In this document: positions 13,064 through 25,372 of the stretch, piece by piece
How positions within the stretch are numbered: the stretch's first letter is position 1
Layout: each line of letters starts with the position of its first letter
Assembly: GCF_001194135.2 (NCBI RefSeq)
Contig: NC_068984.1
Location: 116,341,772 to 116,393,134, forward strand
Length of the DNA: 51,363 nt
Reading direction: 5' to 3'
Source of the DNA: Octopus bimaculoides
Taxonomy: Eukaryota
Program-made: the position numbers and the translations under genes
Notes under the pieces: generated by a model
What the model saw: only the letters and a program-made list of their open reading frames with translations
What the model was told of the DNA's origin: nothing
Database searches by the model: none

Positions 13064-13105
<42 letters not shown>

Positions 13106-13865
13106 GATATACATATATGACGATGAAAGTAAAATTATACCTTCATAAATGTATATGGAACATATAAACAGAGGCGTTTGTAGAAGACATATTTCTATAT
13201 GATGATATATATATATGAAGATATATATTATATATATATTATATATCTATCTATATCTATCTATCTATATATATATATATACATATATTTGAAGATATAT
13301 ATACTTAAACGCGTATACATTTCAGATTTATTAGGTGTCCCCGTATATAAATATCATTGTATGTTGATACATGAATTGGCTTCAAGAAAAGTATTATGTT
13401 GGAATATATAGAGATATCAGATGATCAAATGTATCTAGTTATGTGTATATATGCACATATTTGCATCTATTCGTGTGCGGGAGTTAGTGGGCGAAAATAT
13501 ACTTACGTATTTGCGCAAACGAGTATATGTCTACGTATATTGAATCACTTTTATATATATGAATATGTGTAGTTTAAATGAATGATTAAGCAAGCAATCG
13601 GTGACTTTGTGGTTAAATGAATAGCAAATTGACTTATAATTAAAAAAGTGAATTTGAACCAGAGCGTGTATTTACTATTCACGTACTTTTCCTACCACGA
13701 AACAACAAAATAAAAAATTGTTCATTCCAGTTTCCTTATGATATTTATATAAACTCTCCGGATAATTACAGAAATATCAGTAATGCTATCCATCTCCGTT
13801 GTATCCGATATACCATAGACTGGCTTAATCAAAAACACTCTAAAGCTAAAGGCTGAATAAAATTG

Positions 13866-13906
<41 letters not shown>

Positions 13907-13910
<4 letters not shown>

Positions 13911-14140
13911 GCGATGAATAAACTGTCGTCTAAATTACGAAAAAATGAAAATAACACTCACATCTCATTTTAACAGATATATTTACGAAAATTACATAGA
14001 TATCTTGAAAATATCTTAAAATCGCCATTGTCTTCTGTCACGGCCTCCAGGCGACTTCGGAATCTCCTGCAACTCTCCTGGACGGTCTCCTTGTTTATGT
14101 TGGTGAATACTGCCATAGTCGCAGCTCAATCAAGAGCCTG
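13907..14140 (-). mobile_element. Tc1/mariner (maT/DD37D-like) 3' end fragment
   Basis: Minus-strand MAVFTNINKETVQESCRRFRSRLEAVTEDNGDF, typical of the ITm C-terminus. TIR-like end AGGTGCGATGAATAAA abuts (TA)n. Confidence 0.7.
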
Positions 14141-14149
14141 TACATCGCT

Positions 14150-14658
14150 TTTTTCGACATGCGCGGTTTTGTGCATCGAGAATTCGTACCCTCGGACCAG
14201 ACTGTCAATCGGGAGTTCTACTGTGATGTTTGTGAAGTGTTTGGGGGAGGATATTCGGCGAAAGCGACAGGAATTGTGGAGTGCGAGGAATTGGATTTTT
14301 CACGACGACAGTGCACTCGATACGGAGCCTTCCTCACTCCAGAGTTGATCGCCAAAAACAACATTGTATTGCTTCAGCGCCCGCCCTATTCGCCAGATTT
14401 AGCACCTGTGGACTTCCATCTTTTCCCAAGGTTGCCGTTTTTAACACCTCTGTTGAGGTTAAGAGCGAGTCCCAGAAAGTCCTCGATTCTCTTGCGAGAA
14501 ACGACTTCCAAACTGAACCCCAAAAGAGCAGAAATGCAAGAATCGGTGTATTGCTACGCAAGGTGGCTATTTTGAAGGAGATGATGATAAAACTTATTTA
14601 AATAATTATATTTTGTAAAACATAACTAGTCCAAAAACTTTTTGTTACCACCTTTTAT
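14150..14658 (+). mobile_element. mariner (DD34D-type) transposase 3' half, frameshifted pseudogene
   Basis: FFDMRGFVHREFVP..QTVN..FY..V; DIRRKRQELW..RNWIFHDD; PPYSPDLAPVDFHLFP; YFEGD-like end; TIR-like end AAACTTTTTGTTACCACCTTT-TA. Confidence 0.92.
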
Positions 14659-16590
14659 GTGTAAACATTATCACAGAAAGCCATACACACAAACAGACGC
14701 TCGCACACACACACGCACAAACACACAAATACTTCGAACACATCTTTTTACTTTGACTATTTTGCGGGAATATATTTGTTATAGAAATTTTTAGAAATAA
14801 TTTACACAATTCACAATTAGCCAGATTGATGTTAAGTACAGCAACACCAGCAATATTATTCTCGTTATTTACTAAACAGCTTCATTTCACGGAAGCTGTT
14901 GTTGATAAGAACATATTGTATGAAGTTTAATTTCATTTAATGGCTGAATTTGTTTAGCTATTGGCGTGTCACTATATATATATANNNNNNNNNNNNNNNN
15001 NNNNNNNNNNNNNNNNNNNNNNNNNNNNNNNNNNNNNNNNNNNNNNNNNNNNNNNNNNNNNNNNNNNNNNNNNNNNNNNNNNNNNNNNNNNNNNNNNNNN
15101 NNNNNNNNNNNNNNNNNNNNNNNNNNNNNNNNNNNNNNNNNNNNNNNNNNNNNNNNNNNNNNNNNNNNNNNNNNNNNNNNNNNNNNNNNNNNNNNNNNNN
15201 NNNNNNNNNNNNNNNNNNNNNNNNNNNNNNNNNNNNNNNNNNNNNNNNNNNNNNNNNNNNNNNNNNNNNNNNNNNNNNNNNNNNNNNNNNNNNNNNNNNN
15301 NNNNNNNNNNNNNNNNNNNNNNNNNNNNNNNNNNNNNNNNNNNNNNNNNNNNNNNNNNNNNNNNNNNNNNNNNNNNNNNNNNNNNNNNNNNNNNNNNNNN
15401 NNNNNNNNNNNNNNNNNNNNNNNNNNNNNNNNNNNNNNNNNNNNNNNNNNNNNNNNNNNNNNNNNNNNNNNNNNNNNNNNNNNNNNNNNNNNNNNNNNNN
15501 NNNNNNNNNNNNNNNNNNNNNNNNNNNNNNNNNNNNNNNNNNNNNNNNNNNNNNNNNNNNNNNNNNNTATATATATACATATACATACACATATATTTAT
15601 ATGCCCTGTTACACACAATTTAGAAGCTATTAAGATAACAACTTTTCCTTGTATTGTGTCTGTGTATTCCCCTTATTTCAACATCTACCCATTAATGATA
15701 AAATGCACAAAAAAAATGCTTTTTAATCTATATTTTCCATATTTGACAAAATTGAAAGAAATATATTGTAAGAGCTTCGAATAACACAATTTTCCTTTGT
15801 TTCATTATTTCTATATTTTTCACTTACCTGTTGTGTAACGGTCTATAGGCACCGCGTCATAGCATCTCCCATATACGTTGTTCAAATGACATTGTATTTG
15901 GTCTTAAAAAAGCAAAAAAAAAAAATATAATAGACTCTATGGAATGAGACTGATATACTTGCTTCTGAATCAAGCTATGAGACGAATACAAATGTTGTGC
16001 TTCACGCAAATTTTATTCTACATGTACCAGTACAGAGATAATGGAGACGTAGTGAAAAGTGAAAAGACAATTTTTGCTTTTGGGTTTTTTTCCTGCCTAT
16101 AGTATAGTGTAAATTGTTGATTATGCTTATGAAATTTTGAAACTTAAGCCAAAAACAGGAAAATCTATAGTACACAAATAATCGATCGGTTAGCTGAACT
16201 ATACCTTGTTATCAAACCATTTTTGTCATTCGTTCAGCAGAAAATATGGATCATTTAGATCATTATTATTTAAAATCCAGTGCCAGTTTCTGTGAAGAGT
16301 TAGGGTTAGAACTATATATAACTGAGAAACGAAACCCTCAACCGACTTAGAGGCATAAAAACTATCCAAGGAATTCAGGGAAATATTAATTTTGTAATAT
16401 TATTACAACGAATTCAATTTTGCAGCATTCATTGTATGCACCGCCAGTCATTGAATACAAAGGACAGATTTTGAAAGTTTCTTTTTTTTTTTGAGAGAGA
16501 GACGGTTTTTTAAGGGTACTTATAACAGGGAAGCAGGCTGGTAGAGTTCTTCCCAAGACTAGTTTTAATGGAGAGTTACTTCACAATGGC

Positions 16591-16662
<72 letters not shown>

Positions 16663-16699
16663 ATTCCGAGCTGTGATCCTTTCCATTCTCCTCTACAGC

Positions 16700-17505
16700 T
16701 GTGAGACATTGATGTTTTATTGACGTGAAGAAAATAGAAGGTTCCCAACAGCACAAACTTTGCGCAGTTGCAGAATTCGATGGAAGGACTATATTACTGA
16801 TGAAAACCTTCTGCTCCCGACCGGACTCCCCAGCATTGAAGCTACCATGGTACGATACAGCCTCTACTGATCGGATCATATCATACGCATGCCTCATACA
16901 AGCCTCCACACTAAGCCCCCAAATTTCAATTTCGAGACCAGCTCAAGGTCACCTCGTCCGCTGCTCCATTGACCCAAATACATGGGAACCAATCGCCAAT
17001 GACCACCCAAACTGGTAGCATGTCATCGTCAAGGGAACGCACCACATGCAAAATAACATACGTCAAGAGGCAGAGATCAGACGTTGAAGACTCAAAGAGC
17101 GACCCACACTTCCTCATTTTCCTCATTCCCCGCCAACCCTCTCCTGTGATAAATGTCCCCGCTATTTCTATACAGCCTTTGACCTCAACAGCTACCTCAG
17201 GTTCCGGCACTCTTCGCACCCATCAGGATGTAGATGCTCAGTCACTCGCTATAGATTAAAGGATAAAGACCCCCTCCAGTCATGAATGACCATGGAATTG
17301 CACCTAGAAAGTTATTCTCCGAGATATAAACTCAGGCAAGGATATCCTCAAGAACTCAACACACAGACCGATCCGGGAATCGAAATTATTACCTCATGAT
17401 TGTGAGCCCGATGTTCTAACCACTCAGCTGTGCACCTTCACCACTCGCTACAGATTACCTACTCGGATACGAGGAGATGCCGTCCATATGTGTGTATGTG
17501 CGTGC
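16700..17505 (+). mobile_element. RTE-clade LINE 3' fragment, interrupted by a SINE at 17259-17441
   Basis: Decayed C-terminus: F.DQLK..L.RCSIDPNTWEPIANDHPNW..V..G....R..AE.RR.RLKERP..CDKC.R.F.T...LNS.LR. Homologous to 39060-39480. Confidence 0.8.
17259..17441 (-). mobile_element. SINE family D, internally deleted, with 16-bp TSD
   Basis: Head and tail match 35655-35965. TSD CACTCGCTA(T/C)AGATTA at 17243-17258 and 17442-17457. Confidence 0.85.
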
Positions 17506-17679
17506 GTGTGCTACAAGGCCGCAGCTCATGAAAAGAAACTTAGGAAATCATTGAATTGTTTATGTAAGATAAGTCAAAATAACAAATACTGATGAATATT
17601 TTGTGGAGATCGCAAATTGTTTTGCATGTTAATTGACAGCAATCAGGTTACTCCGAAAATACCTTATTTCATATGAGAA

Positions 17680-17940
17680 TGGGATAATGAGATACGTGAC
17701 TTGTATCGTTAGAGGTAATTTTGCTGCTCACAAATAATCTTACTTCTGGATCGCAGAGCAATTCATAAAATAAATTGCTTCTACCATTTCGCCTTCCCAC
17801 TTCGATCGCTTTATCGACATTATCGGAGAAATCAGTGAAGATCGAAGGAAAATTCCACCAGAATATCAAGATAATTCAGACATAATATCAAGAGAAATTG
17901 AAAGTCAGTGCAACTAAGAAGTATTGCAGAGGTTTGTAAC
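17680..17940 (+). mobile_element. Old Chapaev3-like transposase C-terminal remnant
   Basis: SHFDRFIDIIGEISED/EGKFHQNIKIIQT*YQEKL..YC versus consensus SHLDFFP.NLG.VSDE.GERFHQDI..ME.RYQG..DYC. Confidence 0.55.
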
Positions 17941-18906
17941 AAAATTTGTTTAAAGTAGTATATATGAGGCATATAAAGCATCAATGTAATCTTTGGTAGT
18001 TATCTAGGGCCTGTTTTCTACTCAGTTACATGTTCTTTCTGAAATTAAGGTAAAAAATCTAATTTTGCTAATTATTGAATTTATATAACATATAAGTCAA
18101 TTTCTACTACACACGGGTCTCCTCTCGTTAATGAACAGGTGATAAACGATATAATTACGAAATCGGGAAGATATTTCTTTTATTTTCCGATGTTTCTACA
18201 TTTGATGAGGGTAGTGTTGATATGATGATGACAACGTCGACGACAGTGATGTTGACGGCGACGACAATGATGATGATGTTTATCGTCATGATAATGATGA
18301 AGGCGACTGCCATGATGATTGAAGGTTCAGGGCTAAAGCTGACATGTAAAGCCACGTGTATAAAGGAATCTCATTAAAACGATACTTTCTGTTTCCAATT
18401 CATATGTACCCTTCTAACTCAATGATAATGATGGAAAATATGAACAAACGTGATGTTAGAGAAATGTGGAGTAAATGCTTTATAGCACTTCGTTTTCATA
18501 TTTGTATAAGGACACTGAAGGTAGACATTGGAGTGAAAGGGCATATCATTTATGAGCTCGCGATGGTTGTTTTTAAGCAGCATATTAAACAAACTATCGA
18601 TTAGTTAGTTGGTCAGATATTTAACCGATTGACTAAACCAGTGTGTGTGTTTATTATTGTTGGTGTAATGACCCTCTCAAGACACACCAACATCTTGTAC
18701 GGTTTTGTATGTGGGAGACATCGTCTTTTATGGCCAAAACTCGATAAATTTAGTATTATTCTTTTGCTGCTGCTGCTGTTTCTGCTTAACATCAGGTGAG
18801 CTCCAGACAAGCAGACTTCGCTCTCACATATTGCCAACCTGACCATTTGTTTCCGGCACTGTATATACGACTGTAATATCTAGTTATTCTCTTTTTATAA
18901 GGTATG

Positions 18907-19275
18907 TTGTTGGCACTCCGTCGCTTACGACGTCGAGCGTTCCAGTTGATCCGATCAACGGAACAGCCTGCTCGTGAAATTAACGTGCAAGTGGCTGAGC
19001 ACTCCACAGACACGTGTACCTTTAACGTAGTTCTCGGGGATATTCTGCGTGACACAGTGTGACAAGGCTGTCTCTTTGAATTACAGGCACAACAGAAACA
19101 GGAAGAAAGAGTGAGAGAAAGTTGTGGTGAAAGAGTAGAGCAGGGTTCGCCACCATCCCCTGCCGGAGCCTCTTGGAGCTTTAAGTGTTTTCGTTCAATA
19201 AACACTCACAACGCCCGGTCTGGGAATCGAAACCGCGAGTCCGCTGTCCTAACCACTGGGCCATTGCGCCTTCAC
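18907..19275 (-). mobile_element. tRNA-derived SINE family C, full length, 11-bp TSD
   Basis: Head GGCGCAATGGCCCAGTGGTTAGG..GGTTTCGATTCCC. Perfect TSD TATAAGGTATG at 18896-18906 and 19276-19286. Homologous to 31638-32034. Confidence 0.93.
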
Positions 19276-20544
19276 TATAAGGTATGATTCAGGAAAGATT
19301 TAATTACTGTTCCTAGCAAGTTGTAAGTTGAGTGGATTGAAATGTTATTGCCTGAAGCAAATATAATGTCAATATAGAATTCTGTGAAATAAAAGTACCA
19401 GGAAGAATTTGAAAAACATACAAATACAGAAGTACTTAGATTATGACGTGTTCGATTACTGCGTGTTCAACTGCGACTTCCACGAATTAATGCGGTTTGG
19501 AGATAAAGCGCTGTTCTGATAAACTTAAAACGCTTTCGAATTTTGTTAAAAAAAAAAATCGAATATTGCACATAAGAATTCAATTTACTGTGGTATGTGT
19601 TATGTACAGCTATTTGCAGTTATTCAAAGGGGGGCGGAAATGAATAAACGAAAGGAAAGATTAACAAGCGCGATATTTTCTGAATTGGTTCAGCTAATTT
19701 AGAAAACGAACTGGAATCCATGACATTAGGGTTGTAGTGGAAAGAGTAAGGGCGGATGATAGTGCAGTGGACAGAAATTCCGCTTAATTGTAACAAATTG
19801 AGGAAGTTATTGGATATATTCATTATAAATTATAAATGTTGATAAAATGGAAATGATTTGGAAATTAATTCTTCCTATATTTGAAAAAGAAATTCTTTGT
19901 CGAATAAAATAAAGTGCACGTTCAATTTACAGTGAATCTGTTAATTAAACTCTGTTTACATGAGGAAATATGCAGAAAAAACTATGATAATGTCAAAGAA
20001 TTGTATGGCACGCATGATGGGTATACTTCAATGATGAAAATCTTTAAAATTTAAAGCATCAAATTTCATATGGTGATACTGATCGTTAAGACGGAATAAA
20101 TGAAGCTGAGCTGCGAACAACTGAATTTCCTACTGTACTTTTCGATTTATAGAGTTTTAAAGATAGAAAGTAATTTGATAATGCTTGGATATTCAAATTT
20201 GGAGAGAGCTATGCAAATCAGGAGACAGGTTGAAAATGCGCTCAACGACTAATAGAGAGATGAACATACACTGACAATAATATAGTAAAATCGACGCAGA
20301 AAGTTCTTTTCTAACGTTATAAAGATATAAAAGTATTTACAATTTTGTGCGTATTCTGATGCAAGATAAAACCCATAAAATTGCATTCAATAACATTGGA
20401 CAACAAAGATTTTGCTACTAAGGTAAAAGTATGCGTATCAGAGATAGTGCAAGAGAAGTGGAGGGCAGGATGGAAAGATTTGACAAAAGAGAGGAAGAAG
20501 TCTAGATAATCGCGGGAGAGTGAGGTTGATTTATAAATACTGTT

Positions 20545-20735
20545 AGTTGTTGTTTAAGATCAGGTCAGATCTGATAAAGAAGACTCACGATGAAATACTT
20601 CCAGCCAAGATATTTACTAAGCTTATCTCAGATTACATTCTTTAGTTTGATTTCCTAATTTAAAACTAGGCTGAGTGAGATTGTCGAAACATGTGGCTGC
20701 TATTTCGTATTCGCCAAGTGACCATGTGAAAGTGT
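20545..20735. mobile_element. Short (~200 bp) interspersed repeat family E; pieces also near 10120, 18770, 28260, 42620 and flanking the 48.1-48.7k element
   Basis: Recurring motifs GTTGTTTAA..CAGGTCAG..CTGAT..GCAGAC and TTTGGCTGCTATTTCTA..AGGTCGAG.GACCA(T/C)GTA.AG. Confidence 0.6.
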
Positions 20736-21570
20736 GCCTAATGTCACGAGAATAATGAATTAATAGAATTACAGTAAAATGTGGGATTATATGCCACAAA
20801 GATTTTAGCATTGCCTTTCTTTATTATTTATTGCAATCTTATTAGATTATATGCTCTTTTTATTCAACTATAATCCATTTCATCAGCTCGGATATTGATA
20901 CAATAGAGCATAACATCTGCCGTGCCAAAATTGCCTTTCAGCCTCTTCAACGGAAAACAGTATATAAATGAATGAAAATAGGTTTCATTTTAAACTACAT
21001 ATCTACTACATTATACAATATAAAACGGGTCATCTCACTATACTGTTCAGATGATCCTTAACAGCTAGTGAATAAATAACCGCCAGTTAATCAAAAACAG
21101 TTCAGGCAATAATTCTTTCCACCCACGTTTCTTTCCTGTTCTATTCTAAAATCTTAGTATTTCCCATTTCAATGTATAATTTCATTCTATCATACATTCA
21201 TACATAGCTTCTATCATTCTTGATCTTCGCTTCAGTGAAAGGTAGCTTATGACTTCAAAGAAGAAGAAACTATATTGATTATTTAATGTTCACTTCAACT
21301 TGATAATTCAGTTTTATTTTATATCTTTATCAAGTCTCACCGACCGTTAAAGAATATTCACTTCATTTGCATCGTTAATACTCTGGTGTAATGCGTATTT
21401 CAATTTCAGATTAACCTTATCCCTAAAAAAATTGTATAATTCATATCATTTAGAAAATAGAAAATATAATAAAGGTCTACTCAGTGTCAGCATGAAAATG
21501 AAATAACAGCAATAATAATAATGATTTTATATTTTGGTACAAGGCCAGCAATTTTAGGGGAGTGAGTATG

Positions 21571-22742
21571 GAGTATACAAGGAGAGTGGGAAAAATATTA
21601 CAGTCAAAATAGGATTCAAAAAAATTTAATAAAAGCAATAAATGTAAGAGTAGTACCGGTAATTCGATATGGATTTGGAATTGTAGATTGGAACAAAAGC
21701 TACATACTGAAATATTACAGAAAAACTAGAAAGCTGTTGACAATGTATGGAGCCCACTATTCAAAAGCTGTTATTAACTGGTTGTATTTGAAGCGAGGCC
21801 AGGGTGGCAGAAGCTTAATTGCTGGGGAAAAGTGTGTACAGATTGAGAGAGGAAGCCTACTAGAATATTTCCAGAACAGCACAGAGGAATTAGTAAACGC
21901 AGTGAACAAGGGTGGAATTGGAGAAAAGTAGGGGAATGGAATTCAAGGAGAGCATGTTAAACAGATTGAAGAGAAACCTTTGCGTGGTCAATTTTGGAAA
22001 CCCATTGAGGGTGTATGTAGAACAAAAACCTGGCCTTATTTGAAAAAAGGGCAACTAGAAAAAGAAACAGAGAGCCTTATTATACCAGCTCAAAACCAAA
22101 CATTATAACAAGCAATTTCAGAAAATATGTATGTGGATTTTTGGATGAAAGAATAGTATACATTATTGCAGAATGTCCCAAGCTGGCTTAGGGAGAATAT
22201 AAGAAATAGAATTATGACAAAGCAGTGAAGGTTTTGCGCTGGAATCTTTGTCAGAAATGAGAGTTTGAAGTTAGAACTACTTGGTATAATAATCGAGTTT
22301 AAAGAGTACTTGAATTGGATAAATACAAGATTTTATGGGATTTTATAGATCAAACAGACAAGATAGAAAATGATAAACGAGATATCACAGTAATAGACAA
22401 GGAAAGGTTATGTTGTTTACTAATTGATCCATCATGTCCGTTTGGTTCTAGGATTGTAATGAAAGAAACAGAAAAGTTAAAACAAATACGATCCCATAAA
22501 ATTTCAAATTATAAGAATTTGAAGTATGTAATAATATAGACAAATGGCCGAAGGTGATTGGAATGGAATATCATGTAAAGATTCAACAGACAGTTTGCCT
22601 CTTAGAAACACTAAAGACTATCAGAAAGATTTTGAGCACTTGAAATATTATTGAAAGTTTGTGGGTACCAAACGTTACTAGTAGTTAGCCGCTAGCCACA
22701 TAAATCCTGTCATAGTATAAGAGCAAACCTAAGTCAAAGTCC
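21571..22742 (+). mobile_element. R4/Dong-clade non-LTR retrotransposon, 5'-truncated and decayed (post-RT, CCHC, RLE domains)
   Basis: EYTRRV.KIL.SK..SKNLIKAIN..VVPVIRYGFGIVDW; RKLLTM.GAHY.KA..NWLYLKR..GGR.L; KPL.GQF; KETESLI..AQ.Q; CG..E.V.II.ECPKLA; ILWDF..QTDK; IDPSCPF. Ends in (AAT)n. Confidence 0.9.
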
Positions 22743-22754
22743 AATAATAATAAT

Positions 22755-22968
22755 TCTTTCTACTACAGGCACTAGGTTATAACTTTTAATGGAGGTGGGG
22801 GCTAGTCGATCACATCAACCCCATTGATTAACTTGTACTTATCTTTTCGGCCCCGAAAGGATGAAAGGCAAAGTTGACCTCGGTGGAATTTGAACTCAAA
22901 ACGTTAAGGTGAACGAAATACCGCCAAGCATTTTGCCCGGTGTACCAACGATTCTGTGAGCTCGCGCC
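22755..22968 (-). mobile_element. SINE family B
   Basis: Reverse complement of the 943 family; (TTA)n tail at 22743-22754. Confidence 0.88.
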
Positions 22969-23021
<53 letters not shown>

Positions 23022-23022
<1 letters not shown>

Positions 23023-23233
23023 CCTTTCTATTATAGGCAAAAGGCCGAAAATTTGGGGGAGGGGACTCGTCGATTATGTCGATCCCAGTGGTCCACTGAT
23101 ACTTATTTCATCGACTCTAAAAGGATTAAAGCCAAAGTCGACCTCAGCGGAATTTGAACTCAGAACGTAAAGACAGCTGAAATGCCGCTAAGCGTTTTGC
23201 CTGACGTGTTACCGTTTCTGCCAGCTCGACGCC
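23022..23233 (-). mobile_element. SINE family B, tandem with the previous copy via an (AAT)n tract
   Basis: Reverse complement of the family consensus; its (TTA)n tail is 22969-23021. Confidence 0.88.
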
Positions 23234-23661
23234 AATGATAATTACAATAATAACGATAACAATAACAATAATAACAAGAAAAGGATTTATCTCGTAAAAA
23301 ACAGAAGCCTGAAATAGCTCTTACGAAGCTCATTTATGTTTTATTTATGAATCTCTTGGTGATGTAAAAAGTGTAAATTGCTTACTGAGATTCTTACAGA
23401 CTGGTAAATCTTGATAATTCTATGACTTATGTGCAGTCGATGTCGATTCTGAATTATTTGCAAGATTATTGCTTCAGGGAAGTTATGGATGTGAAAGATA
23501 TTCTAGAGGGTTACACTTCTGAAAGAAACAACGTAGATTTGTATGAATGTATGTAAATGGGATTGCGTGTATATGATCGTGTATTATGAAAGTATGTTTG
23601 CTCGTGGGTGTAAGACTATAATGTATGTATGCACACATCAAAACACCCACACAACTCCCCC

Positions 23662-23697
<36 letters not shown>

Positions 23698-24549
23698 ACA
23701 CAGAGAATAAGTTTCATAAAATGCATTGCGGAGGTTTCATTCAATTAAAGAAGATGCGTGAAAGAAATAGTAAATTGATAGAATTTGAATCTGTTGAAAC
23801 ATCAATAGAAAGTAGACGTTATGGTGAAAATATTTTTCTCTCTCTTCCGAGTCTGCGTCTACTTTTGTTCGTGGGTTGTGATGATCTGAGACTTGGGCAT
23901 ATGTTAGTAACTGTCTTCAAAAATGCCAGGGGAGTGAATGTGGGAGACCAGTCAACAAACGATAAGTAATATATAATTGCATTTTAGTTCCCTTTCTATA
24001 AATGCATGTTGCCAAATGGGTATCCTGAGGTCAGCGATTTTGCTTTAATATTTGGATATTGAAAGACGAGGTTACTAAGAGCCATAACCTGAAAGAAGTT
24101 TTATTTCAGCTCTGATATTATAGATAGTGGTAATATGGTTATTTTACACGAGGCCAAAAACACTTGTGCTGTATTTTGTTAGTTCAGGTGTCTGTTGACA
24201 GGAAACTATTAATCATAAAGTTGAAAAAGTTGACATATTGCTGTTTTGTTCATGATTGAAATGCAAATTCGTGGTTTCGAGGTATTTGTCGACCAATTCA
24301 CAAAAAGAATGTTGCAGTCGTACGTTATTGATATGAGTTGCAATGTTGAATAAACATTAAAATTTCTAGAGGCACATTTGGAAACAGAGAAGTGATGAAT
24401 GATGTGATCTATAGAACGTTATTATCATCTGGTCATTTGCCTTATGTCTAGACACTAATTCATAGAAGCTATATTGGAAAATAGTTCGTTTGCATCTCTC
24501 TTTTCTCAGTTTGCGCAATACATACGCATAGTGGTAGAATTATGTCAAA

Positions 24550-24835
24550 ATAACTAGTGGAAAGGAATATGTGCTCCAGTTCAGGCGGGCTGTCGAGGGT
24601 TTGCAGGCAGGCCGCTCTGCAGTCCCCATGTACTGGACACCATAGTGGCCAGTATGCAGAAAGCCATAAAGGTGATTATGGGGACAAGATAGTTTACTTG
24701 AAGGTGGCTGTAGACCAAGAGGTGTGAGATTGATCAACACAGGTTGAGTCATTTGTGTAAGTGTATCTGATTGTTAAAACATGAAACCCTCAATGATCCC
24801 AGGTAACAGGAATGACGATGTGTTCAAGTACATCC
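24550..24835 (+). mobile_element. HERO/NeSL-like RLE retrotransposon 3' remnant
   Basis: WKGICAPVQAGCRGFAGRPL...KAIKVI resembles the RLE C-terminal W.....PVEVGCRGF.G.SL motif. Followed by a 3'UTR-like tract (GAAACCCTCAATGATCCCAGGT..GACGATGTGT). Confidence 0.55.
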
Positions 24836-25154
24836 CATGACAATCTATGGAAGCAAATAAAATTCTAGTACCAGCAAAGCTGACCGTTACCTCTCGAAAG
24901 AAATTTATTCATCTAAATGCCATATTCTAATTATTACTAATTTTACAATCCAATTTTAATTATCATCAAGTTCTACTTGTTCTATATATCGCAATGCACA
25001 TCTAACTGATCAATTTATTCCAACTAAATGTTGAATCCAAGTATAAAATAGTGCATCTATAACTGCAGAATTCAGAATTTGATGAAGCCGGTCCCCAGCG
25101 GAACTCCTAAATCAAATTTTCATTGCAACAATAAATCTTATGCAAAACCTATAA

Positions 25155-25372
25155 ATATTGGTTTCAAATTTTGGCAAACGTCAAAACTTTCGGGGTAGGG
25201 GCTAAGTCGATTACATTGACCCCAGCGTTCAACTGGTACTTATTTTATAGACGCCGAACGGACGAAAGGTAAAGTCGACCTCAGTGGAGTTTTAATTCAG
25301 AACGTAAAGCCGGACGGAAAACTGCTAAACATTTTTCCTAGCGCCGTGACGAGGCTGCCAGCTTCCTGCCTA
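25155..25372 (-). mobile_element. SINE family B
   Basis: Reverse complement of the family consensus including the tail GGTTTCAAATTTTGGCA. Confidence 0.85.

Noticed and set aside
18668-18800. Hydrophobic LLLLLL ORF with a CAG|GTGAGC donor
   Set aside because: Lies in the end of repeat family E and its (CTG/TTG)n.
20669-20712. EIVETCGC, like a TGF-beta C-terminus; also GAAACATGT, hammerhead-like
   Set aside because: Inside repeat family E; upstream in-frame stop; no GUH cleavage triplet.
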